A stretch of DNA of 64,000 nucleotides from Macrostomum lignano. Taxonomy: Eukaryota. Position 1 is the stretch's first letter; each line of letters begins with the position of its first letter. Shown here in pieces: positions 50,701-62,700 of the stretch. The translations under genes and the position numbers were made by a program. The DNA is taken from positions 59,683 to 123,682 of the forward strand of contig NIVC01001050.1 in assembly GCA_002269645.1 (NCBI GenBank). Direction: 5' to 3'. The notes under the pieces are model-generated. The model did not search any database, was not told where the DNA came from, and saw nothing but the letters and a program-made list of their open reading frames with translations.

Positions 50701-53700
50701 GTCGGCGTCTGCGTTTCAGCAGCGACCACGCTCCGTGTGTGCGTCTCGGGTATCGGCTTGAGGCCGGAACCGCTGCCGCAGTGGGCAGAGTAAATGTTAT
50801 TGGAGACTCCGGCCTGTAGCACTGAGAAAGCTTCTTGTGGCGACTCTAGCGGGCTATTTTGTCGGCGGCTCGGGTGATGATGGTGTTGCTGACTGCCTTG
50901 ATGCTGACGGAAGCCCGTGGAATTTACAGTCACTTGAGAATTTCGGCTAGAGGACGTGGCCGGTCGGCCCTCGCGCAGCACCATGGCGCGAACTCGCAAG
51001 CCGTCAACGTTGTGCGACGAATGCTCGGTAAAGTCGAACTGCTGCTGAGCCACCCGGTGCACACGTTCGGACACTAGGATCTGTCCGGGACCGGCCGCTG
51101 AGGCCAGCACTTTCGAAATAGATGCTGCCTGGCCCCAGATGTCGAAAACTGGCCTGGAGCCGCCGACCACGCCGCAGAAGCCGGGTCCGAGGTCGATGCC
51201 AACCCGCATACGGATGCGATCCTCGTACAGTGTGGCGTTGAGTTCAGCCACCCTGCGGCGCATCAGCTGGGCCAGCTGAACCAGACCGGTGAGGTGGAAC
51301 AGCTTGCTGGCCGGGTTGTCCTGCAGTTGCGGATTCATGCCAACAGCTACTACATAGTTTTCCCCAACTGTGCGCACTTTGACGAGCTCCTGGTGTCGGT
51401 CGGCACGTTGAATTAGCTCGTCCAGCTCGCAGATGACGTCATTGAGCACCCGGATGCTCTCCTGGACAAGCAGGGGAGCCTCAGTGCCAGGAGCTGGCTG
51501 CCAATCCGGTAGATTGGCCCACAGGATGCCCAGCAGCTGGTACTCTTGGGCGTACAGATCCTGTGTTGGCGAGAGACGTTAGGGGAGGGCATCAAAAGAG
51601 CACACAAAGGCGCACGGATATGCAGGCAAAAATCCACAGGATGTACAGACGGCCCTGACTTTCTCATTGGCAGGCATTTCTCACTCTGTGACCTGGGGCT
51701 TTGGCCCTCATGGGCGATTTTTCGTGCCAAACGTCAGGTAAATTTTTTCACGAGCCTCAAATTTGTGTGGCCCAGGTACTTTGGTGCCTGGAGTCAAACG
51801 CCTTAACCCCTGAGCTTCTCTGTCAGTAAAAACGGTTTTCTAGCTTTTTGCTAAATTCCTACGCACTCCACATCCCTCTGGCTCCCTGCTGCACAGGTCG
51901 AAACTCGAAGGCTTTCCCGGCTTCAGCCCAGCATACTCCCAACTGGGGAACCGAAGTTATGACTGCTACCGAAACCGCGCGCGTCAAACTCCCAAATCCC
52001 CCAGCCATAGTGAAGTTTTCTCCTCTCCAGCTAGCTCTGATGACTCACCCAAGCTCGAATGCGGGCACGCGAGGCACGCGCGGATATGCATATATTGATG
52101 AGGAATCGGGCAAGTTTTTCCTATAGTTCCGCGTCGCTTTTTTCGGCTTCATTCCCTGCGCAACAACCGGTGGCAAACCCCCACCGGCACTCGGTGGCAG
52201 GGGCAGGCTTTGGCTTTGGCATGCCCCATCCATCAAGGCATTCGGTAAGGTTTGCTGGGCCAGAGTGGATGAGGGGAGGGCATTTCGGGCCTCTAGTGCG
52301 ACGCTTCGTCGTTGCGCGTCGGAGTATTGCTTATAATAATGCGTGGCCTGGCAACTGACCTCGAGTCTGTGCAACCCTCTCTATCTGTGTCTCTTATTCT
52401 ATCAATATACACTACATGCCAAGTTTCCTATGTAAATATGAATAAGCTGTCTATGAATAAATTTGTCAGAAAAAATCGAGCTCCTATTTTTCTGGTGAAT
52501 TGCACTTGACGTTACACTCGAATAGGATATTTCTATCATTGCTGAAGTTGGGAGCTATCAGCTGATTTTAATAGATTAGATTAATTAAGTGAAACCCGCT
52601 ACCAGCTGTACTCACCACAGGATTTCGATAAGTCGTATCCGTGAAATGCAGCGCAACGTGCTGCGGCAGCAGATTTTTCAGCAAACAGCAACTGGCCTCC
52701 TTCACCAGGAACATGTCGTGCTGGTTCTCGGCGGACTGAAAAAATATTTGTTAAAAATGAAAGAGAATGATTCGATTTGGGCTGTACGAGGGTTGTAAGT
52801 CTGCTAAGTAGAAACGTTGATTTTTCTATTAAAAAGAAAATCTTTGCAAAATCCTCAATTAAAACACAACAGAATTGTGTTTTGAATTTTGAATTTACCA
52901 CAGGAGAAGCAAATATGTGATTCATTTGCTATTCAGGATCGGCAAACTCCGGCCCACAAAGCTTTTCTATCCGGCCCTCGGGTCCTTTGAAACTTCACAA
53001 TGGCAATCTGGGCCGCTCAGGGTTTGTGTCGCTTCTCAGCTCCCTACTCTCTAATCTCCTCCCTCTCCTCTCCTATTCCATCTTCTAATGGGCAGATGTG
53101 CAACCGACAGCTCGAGCCCGAGTAAATCTGAAGGTTGCGTACGGCTGTTCAGTCCAAAGAACCCCTAGAATTTCTCCAGCTAATGCTGGCACCCATTTTA
53201 CAGCTGGGTAAACTGAAGCAATGCAGAGTTAAGTGCCTTGCTCAAGAAGTCAAGGACTATAGATTGTTACGAGTAGGTCGAGAATGAAACCCCGGACCTT
53301 TCAGTCTCAATTCCGTCGCTCTAGCCACTAGGCTAAAACTCTAGGCTATAATGGAAGCTCACCTGCGACTTCCACTGGAACTCCTGTCGCTGGGCGAACT
53401 CGTGAAACCGAGAGTGCACGAAGATCAAGATGGAGAAAGCGGTCAGGCAGACGAGGCCCCAGACAAAGGTTGGCACAGGGCCAGCTGACATGTCGTGAGC
53501 GGAGGCGGCCAGACCGGACAGACTCGCCAGCCCTCTGACATCGGAGTCAACCAGCGAGAACAGCGGACGATGCGTGACAGCTACAGTCAGGCCGAAGGTG
53601 GTGGACACGGCCACGAGCAGGAACAACTTGATGAAGGAGGGCAGCGATGCGAACACAGCCACCAAGATCAGGCAGAGGGTGCCAGACAGGTAAATGAAGT

Positions 53701-56700
53701 CCGGCAGCGGGCACTGCAGCTCCAGTGAGTTGTCCGAGTCCTGCAGAATCGGGCCGTACGTGGTCCTGTTGCCCACTGTCGAACGGCAGCAGAACTGAAA
53801 ACCGATGCCAAATAATCAATAAATTCGGTTGACAATCCTAAAACCAGCTCCAGCCCAAGCCCGACAGCACTAAACGCCAGCTCAGCTCACCACATTGGCC
53901 TGCGATACGGCGTACACAAACAGAACCGAAGTAATGATGACAACCACTCGTATGACGAATGAGCTCTGAATGTTGAATTCCAGGCACTGTCGATTGGAAA
54001 TTGGTTGTTTTCACAATTACTGCATTGTGTACAGTGAATGTAGATTCTTTCACGCGTGACTTAATAATCACCAATGAAATTGTTCAATTAATCTCTGAAT
54101 AGTTGATAGGGCGCATAAATATCTACAAGGTAATAGATTAAAGTAACTGCCATTCAATATCTCATAGCCCAGTGGTCCAACTCGGCGCTCTGATGTGCCA
54201 GCGGCCCAGGCTCGATTTCAAGTGCAGTCACATTAATTTGGGGCTGAATTGGAATCTCGGCTTGGCTCTGCTCGTGCAATTAACACCTTTGAAGGCCAAC
54301 CCTAAGGACAGTGAAGTGTACATGACTAACGGTAAATAAAGTTAGGGCCGCTGTACACTCTTGTGTGAGTGTGTGCCTGTGCGTATGACTGCGTACGTAT
54401 CCGCGCGCTTGTGACATAACAAGCCATCCGTTCAAGGCCTTCAAATCTGGGACAAGATAGGTGCATGGAGCGGTTCATTGGAGTCAAACTCAAACTTGAT
54501 TTGAATTTGCTCACCTTAAGCCTGGCAGCCAGCAACACCATGAGCATCATGCCAATCCAGGTGAACGCAATCATGAATAGCAGCAATAGCAGCATGGTTC
54601 TAAAATGGGGAAGGGTTCATTAATAATTAATTAAAACAGCTTTTAACAGCATCTCTACATTTGAATCGGTAAGTTGGAATTTTCTCCGCGAAGAGCTCAC
54701 CTGGGCAGCACTGAAGCCTGAAGGCTGGCGCTAATTAGCAAAATGAAAAGGGCCGCTAGCATTGCCGCTCCGAATGTGTGATCCTCCTGTCTGTGGTACT
54801 GGAATTGTTTGTTTGAGTTTTCAGTTGCAATGTATTTAGCGAATAAATTCCAAGCAAAATGAATGACATCATTTCGTCGTTTCTTTGTACTGTTTAGGGC
54901 GAGACAGATTCAAACGATTATTTTATTCGGTTGTTATGCAGTTGCTGTGGGGTTGCTAAGCGGTTGCTATACGGTTGCTATGCGGTTACTATGCGGTTGC
55001 TATATTGTTGCTATGCAGTTGCCATACGGTTGCTATGCGGTTGCGATGCGGTTGCGATGCGGTTGCTATGCTGTTGCTTTGAGGTTGCTGAGATAGCTGT
55101 TTCTATCTCATTACTGTTTACGAGTTACGTAGTTACAATGCGGTTGGTACACGGTTGCTATGCGGTTGCTATGCTGATTGCTTTTTCATTACGTTTCTCG
55201 CTTGCTGTACAGTTGCTACGCGGTTGCTACGCCGATGCTTTGTGATTGCTATGCGGTCGCTATGCGGTTGCTATGCTATTTCTACGCAGTTGCTATGCGA
55301 TTTGCTAAGCTGTTGTCAAGACTGAATTTCGAATTCTTAAACAAAAGCTATAACCAAACTTTCGGTTCGAGTTCAACTTAAGCACTCCTGCTCACCTCAT
55401 TCTCTTTAGCCTGAGTTGAGAACTTCAGCGTCACCGGGTTCATGCTGGTTCGGCAGCGCCTCAGCACGGTTGTTGAGGCGCCGCTAGCAGCTACTTGACC
55501 ACCGCAGCCTGAAGAGGTCGACGAAGTCTTGACGCTGCCCAGGCGGGTGAGTTCGGTGCCTTTGAACGAAGCCGCGTGCCCGTTCCCAATGAGAGGACTG
55601 GAGCTGCCACCGGAACTCCTGCTGCGAGGGTGGGTTCGAATATGTACTTTTACAATTTGTTCGAATACATTTTCCACGAGTTGTTAGGATTCTTACATTT
55701 TTCCTGAGGGCTGGCACTTCAGAAGTTCCTCGGTCAGCTTCTGAAAGATTTGTTAACATTTAAACTTGTGAAGTTTTTACACAAATTGATAGATAGAGGC
55801 CAGCAGATCGAATTTAAGATGAGTTGGGTCAACTGACCTCCCCTATAGATAATTATATTGGGGTCAACTGACCTTCGCAATAGTTAACTAAATTGAAAGT
55901 GAAGTGACCTCTCCTTTAGGTTATTATCTTGGGGTTCAAATGACCTCCCCTATAGATTATTAGATTGGGGTCAACTGACCTCCCTTTAGAAAATTCGATT
56001 GGGGGGTCTACTGACCTCCCCTATAGATTATTAGATTGGGGGTCAATAATTAGATTGACCTACCCCATAGATTTTTAGGTTCGGGGTCCCCTAAAAATGG
56101 AGTCAGCTAAACTTCGCAATGGAAGTTCGATTAGAGGGTTGGTCAACTGACCACTCTATTGACGATTTTCACTGAAAATTCAACTGACCAGCTGTCAGAG
56201 TAGTCAATCAGCTGATTACTCAGCTTTGCTAAAAAAACTTGATCAAGTGCTTGCAGCCCGGTAATTACCATTCGCTGAGCCTGGTTGACTTTAGTCTCGC
56301 CAATGTACTGGAACGGCGATTCGCACTGGTGATTGGCGAACTGGCTCAACCGTCTGAGTCCTTCGGTCCGCTCCCCGTCGTCCAGATGATGCTGCTGTCT
56401 CGAGCTGCTCTTGGATGACTGCAATAGAAGAAGACATTGTAGGAAGAAATTTTAGCTCCAATAGTTTCCCCGAAGGTTGCTATGCGGTTGCTATGCGGTT
56501 GCTATGCGGTTGCTACGCGGTTGCTACGCGGTTGTATGTTGTTGCTATCCGATCACTCTTCGGTTACTATGCGGTTTCTATGCGGTTTCTATGCGGTTGC
56601 TATGCGGTTGCTATGCCGTTTTTTGCGGTTGCTATGTGGTGCTATGCCGTTGTTTTGTGGTTGTATGTTGTTACTATCCGATCACTCTGCGGTTACTATG

Positions 56701-59700
56701 CGGTTTCTATGCGGTTGCTATGCGGTTGCTATGCCGTTTTTTTGCGGTTGCTATGTGGTTGCTATGCCGTTGTTTTGCGGTTGTATGTTGTTACTATCCG
56801 ATCACTCTGCGGTTACTATGCGGTTTCTATGCGGTTTCAATGCGGTTACTATGCGGTTGTTATGTTGTTGTTCTGCTCTTGCTGGCATTGCTATGCGGTC
56901 GCTGTGGTTGCTATATGGTTGCTATGCTATTTCTTGACTTTATAGTGTAAATCGACTCATTATACCTAGTTCCCGTTACTAGGTATCTCGCCGAACTTAA
57001 AAAAATCAGTGGGCAACCCTTCATCTTCTCTCTGCTCCAACTCACGGACATGAGCTGCCGCGGCCGAACAATCACGGTCTCCAGTTTAGTTCGAACGCCG
57101 CCGTTCGCGCCCGGCCGATCCAGCAGGGGCCCGGGTTCGACTCTCAGGTCGGCGTCCGCCAGCTCCAGGTAGGTCGACTTAGACAGAAGAATGCGCCTGG
57201 TAGAGGAGAGGCTGACTGGTGAGGCTTGCGCTTCGAACTCACCCTTGCAATGAATTTAAGAATCTCACCTTTGATTCTGGATCAAGGGCTTTCAAAATCC
57301 CTCTGACCAAAATTGAAAAACAGAGATAAGTTTTGAGATCTCACGCCTTAGATAACCTTGGGTGTCTCTCACTCTGAGATGAATTTAGAAATCTCACCCT
57401 GAGAATAATTTAGAAATCTCACCCTGGGATTAATTGAGAAATCTCACTCTTGAGATAAACTTAGAAATCTCACCCTGAGAAGAATTTAGAAATCTCACCC
57501 TTGAGATAAACTTAGAAATCTCACCCTGGGAAGAATTTAGAAATCTCACCCCTGAGATTAATTGCGAAATCTCACCCCTGAGATTAAATTAGAAATCTCA
57601 CCCTGAGAAGAATTTAGAAATCTCACCCTTGAGATAAACTTAGAAATCTCACCCTGGGAAGAATTTAGAAATCTCACCCCTGAGATTAATTGCGAAATCT
57701 CACCCCTGAGATTAAATTAGAAATCTCACCCTGAGAAGAATTTAGAAATCTCACCCTTGAGATAAACTTAGAAATCTCACCCTTGAGATAAACCTAGAAA
57801 TCTCACTCTTGAGATAAAATTAGAAATCTCACCCTGAGAAGAATTTAGAAATCTCACCCTTGAGATAAACTTAGAAATCTCACCCTGAGAATAATTTAGA
57901 AATCTCACCCTTGAGATAAACTTAGAAATCTCACCCTGAGAAGAATTTAGAAATTTGCTATTCTCACCCTGAGATAAATCTAGAACTATCACTGAGGAAT
58001 ATCTAAATTCCACTTTCTAAACTTAATTCAATTCGCCCAGCTGTAGACTGTATGACAGCTCACCCAGGCGGGCAGGCTTGCAGGAGGCGCCTGGCTATGA
58101 CCACTTGCTCGCCCATGACGTCATAGGTGAGCCGGCATTTGCCCAGCAGGGCGGCGTAAGCTACGCCCGAGTTGATGCCCACTCTGGCCTCCAGGGGCAG
58201 CTGTGAGCACTCGGAGAGATTCCTGCAAAATTGGGGGGGGGCGGAGTCGAACCATGGATCAAGGCTCAAGAGTCACCTGGGAGGTAAGTTGCGAATGCAC
58301 TAAAGATTCGGCCTGTTTTACACAGAATATTCATAAAGCTTGCAGTGATTAAACTGCAGAGCAAATATCAAGTCCGAAGCCTAGGGATCATCTGATCCCC
58401 GTACAAGCTGATGGCTCATATCCTGTATATACAACCCAGACCTGTAATGGATTCCGATTCATTAACCCCAACCCCGGTCCATGCAGCAGGTGCGTGGAAA
58501 AGCCTTAACTACAAGTCTGTAACATCTGCTGTGCAGTCAGTAGGATTAAGCTAAACAGGCCTGGATTACACAGGATTAATCCTGCCGCAATTAAAACTCG
58601 CCCAATATTCGAGACTGACAATCCTCAAGCCTTCCCCTAGAAGCAGATAGCTATTGCCAGCGGCGGCACTCTGTATACATAGTTAGAAATAGTAACTGTG
58701 TCTTATCAAGTATAGCCATATGCCTGAAATAAGTTCCTAGGCTTTCTTTTACAAGCCGAATCAGTTTTGGGATGGTGAAGGAAAGAAAGAGGCTGAGGGC
58801 AATGCGTTGAGTGTGGAGTTTTGGGGTAAAAAATCCATAGTGGAGAGGCTGGGGAGCTGCTTGTGGCTGTGCTGGTTGCAGCCGTCTTTTGCTTGGAATA
58901 TCGAACGGTGCGGAACTTGTTGCTTCTCCTTGGTTGCCCCTGCATTGCTTGCTCTGCTCTTTTCCCTCCTCTCACTCTCATCTCTCCCCTCATCTCTCCC
59001 TCTCATCTCTGCCCTCATCTCTCTCCTCATCTCTCCCCTCATCTCTCCCTCTCATCTCTGCCCTCATCTCTCTCCTCATCTCTCCCCTCATCTCTCCCTC
59101 TCATCTCTCCCTCTCATCTCTCCCTCTCATCTCTCCCTCTCATTTCCCCCTCTCATTTCTCCCTCTCATCTCTCCTTCTCATCCCTTCCCCAATCTCTCC
59201 TTCTCTTTTCTCCGTCACATCCCTTTCCTAATCTCTCAATCTCATCAATCCCAATGATCTCCTTCTCATCTCTCTCTCGCGTCTCTCCCTCCCGCAGTAG
59301 CTGCCGCCAGCTCACCCGATCATTTCCAGCAGAACCTGGCCAAAGCGGACAGCCAGAGTGGTGTGCTCGGTGCACTCGTGCGGGAACCCGATGGCGGCAG
59401 TGTACTCGTCGCCCTGGATTCGAACTCGGAACGCTTGATGCTCCTGCAAATGGATTATCGGGCTGGCTTTGAGTGCTCCTGTGCTCTCTGAGAGATGCTG
59501 TGTTGTCTCCCTGCTTTTCTCCACTCTCCCTCCCTTCATCTCTCCCGCTCTCCCTTCATCTCTCTGCTCTCGCTTTATCTCTCTGCTCTTCCTTAATCTC
59601 TCTACTCTCCCTTCATTCATCTCTTCGCTGTCCCTCCTCAATCTCTGTGCAATTTTGATTTACTTAGACCCAAAAAGTACGGCTCATGATTTCTCAAACT

Positions 59701-62700
59701 CAGCTAGCATAATTGACGCAAATCTTTAGCCATGTTGCATTTGCAAAAACCCATTCTGCACTGGCCAATTCATGCAAAAAAACTTTCTATTCAAGTTTCT
59801 AAAGAACCTCCCACAGCACACAACACCCAGTCAGCCCCTCGGCAATTTGGATGACTCATCGCTGCTGCACTTCAAGCGGTCACTACCGCGCACAGACATA
59901 CGCAGGCAAATGCCATTTGCAATTTCTCTCTAAACCCTTTATTTGCTAAGCTGTCTTCGATATCTGCATACAACTGGCGAGATGAACTGCCGACAACCCT
60001 CCGGTTATTAATCCATGTTTAGCATCGATTTATTACTGACTGTGACAGCTTCCACTGCCGTCTTTAGCTCTGTTTTCTGGCAAACAGTATTGTATCCTGC
60101 AGTGTTTTGTCACTTACGTAGGCTAATTGGTCCAGCCGACAGAACACCTGATTCATCAGCTTCACCGCGTCTGAGGCTGGGAAGCTGGCCGGGAACTTGG
60201 TGAGGCCAGAGATGCTGGCGCACATCAGGCTGCGGGGCGGTTGGTTGCTCCTGTGTGAGCGGTTTGTCTCAGTGTCTGGTCTAGTGTCTTAGTGTCTGAT
60301 CTAGCGTTTGTCTTAGTGTCTGCCTTAGTGTCTGTCTTAGTGTCTGATCTAGTGTCTGTCTTAGTGTCTGATCTAGTGTCTGTCTTAGTGTCTGATCTAG
60401 TGTCTTAGTGTCTGTCTTAGTGTCTGATCTAGTGTCTTAGTGTCTGATCTAGCGTTTGTCTTAGTGTCTGTCTTAGTGTCTGTCTTAGTGTCTGATCTAG
60501 CGTTTGTCTTAGTGCCTGATCTAGTGTCTTAGTGTCTGTCTTAGTGTCTGATCTAGTGTCTTAGTGTCTGTCTTAGTGTCTGATCTAGTGTCTTAGTTTC
60601 TGTCTTAGTGTCTGATCTAGTGTCTTAGTGTCTGTTCTAGCGTTTGTCTTAGTGTCTGTCTTAGTGTCTGATCTAGTGTCTTAGTGCCTGATCTAGTGTC
60701 TGATCTAGTGTCTTAGTGTCTGATCTAGTGTCTTAGTGTCTGATCTAGCGTTTGTCTTAGTGTCTGTCTTAGTGTCTGTCTTAGTGTCTGATCTAGCGTT
60801 TGTCTTAGTGTCTGTCTTAGTGTCTAATTTAGTGTCCTAGTTCCTGTCATAGAGTCTGATTTAGTGTAGTTTTGTCTGTCTTAGTGACTGTCTTAGTGAC
60901 TGTCTTAGTGCCTGTCTTAGTAACTGTCTTAGTGACTGTCTTAGTGCCTGTCTTAGTGTCTGTCTTAGTGTCTGGTTTAGTGTCTGGTTTAGTGTCTTAG
61001 TTCCTGTCTTAATGCTTGTTTTAGTGTCTGTCTCGTCGCCTGTCTGACTGTCTTCTTGTCTATCTACCCGTCTGTCTTTCTTTCCGCCCAAGCTCCCTGT
61101 CCCCTTGAAGTCCATCACCCAGAGTCCCAACCTCATGTACGGTGTCTGGTTGACCTGGGCCACCTTCCAGCCGAAGTTGCCATGCAGACAGTCGGCCCGC
61201 ATGTCGTCCGTCAGGTCGGAAGGCACCACAGACTGCACCAGGCGTTCCTGTGGGAAGAGAAATGCACTGAGGTTGCGGTCTTGTTGCTATGGGGGGTTTG
61301 GGGGGCTCTCTGGGGCTGGTAAGGCAACACATGACGCTTGAAGTGAAGCGAACAGCAGTGCTGGTGCGCCATACCTCTTCACGGAGCCTGCAGTTTGGAC
61401 AGTCATCGGCTAGACTTTTATAGCTAATTGCAGCCTCAGCAGTGCGGAGACTTAGAAATTCCAATAATTTATAGCATAGCCTTGAATCTGCAGCCATACG
61501 CAGGTCCCAACTCGAAATTTTATAACTGAAATTCCAACTAGCAAATTGGCCTTTCAGTTTCTCAGCCATGGTTACTCTATCCTGAAACCCATTCCTTAGA
61601 TTGAAGAAATCCTAAACTACCTTGGAGCATTCAGAACCATAGCCTATACCAGCTTAAGTCTCTATCTTCAATATTATGATCCCAAATCCCCGTTCTACAT
61701 TATGATCCCAAATCCCTATTCTACATTATGATCCCAAATCCCTGCTCTACATTATGATCCCAAATCCCCGTTGTACATTATGATCCCAAATCCCTGTTCT
61801 ACATTATGATTCCAAATTCCTATTCTACATTATAATCTAAAATCCCTATTCTACATTATGATCCCAAATCCCTGTTCTACATTATGATTCCAAATTCCTA
61901 TTCTACATTATAATCTAAAATCCCTATTCTACATTATGATCCCAAATCCCTATTCTACATTATGATCCCAAATTCTTATTCTACATTATGATCCCAAACT
62001 CTTATTCTACATTATGATCCCAAATTTCTATTCTACATTATGATCCCAAATTCCTATTCTACATTATGATCCCAAATCCCTATTCTACATTATGATCCCA
62101 AATTCTTATTCTACAATATGATCCCAAATTCCTATTCTACATTATGATCCCAAATTCCTATTCTACATTATGATCCCAAATTCCTATTCAACATTATGAT
62201 CCCAAATCCCCGTTGTACATTATGATCCCAAATCCCCGTTGTACATTATGATCCCAAATCCCTGTTCTACATTATGATCCCAAATCCCTGTTCTACATTA
62301 TGATCCCAAATCCCTATTCTACATTATGATCCCAAATCCCTATTCTACATTATGATCCCAAATCCCTATTCTACATTATGATCCCAAATTCTTATTTTAC
62401 ATTATGATCCCAAATTCTTATTCTAAATTATGATCCCAAATTCCTATTCTACATTATGATCCCAAATTCCTATTCTACATTATGATCCCAAATCCATGTT
62501 CTACATTATGATCCCAAATCCCCGTTGTACATTATGATCCCAAATCCCCGTTCTACATTATGATTCCAAATTCCTATTCTACATTATGATCCCAAATCCC
62601 TGTTCTACATTATGATCCCAAATCCCCGTTCTACATTATGATCCCAAATCCCAATTCTACATTATAATCTAAAATCCCTATTCTACATTATGATCCCAAA

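Noticed and set aside
56415-56950. Cys-rich ORFs (CGCYAVAMRLL)n resembling metallothionein or keratin-associated proteins
   Set aside because: They are translations of the intronic 11-bp repeat on the non-coding strand of the cyclase gene.
57121-57150. tRNA T-arm-like CCGGGTTCGACTC
   Set aside because: It lies in the antisense of a cyclase exon (VEPGP), and no cloverleaf or acceptor stem is present.
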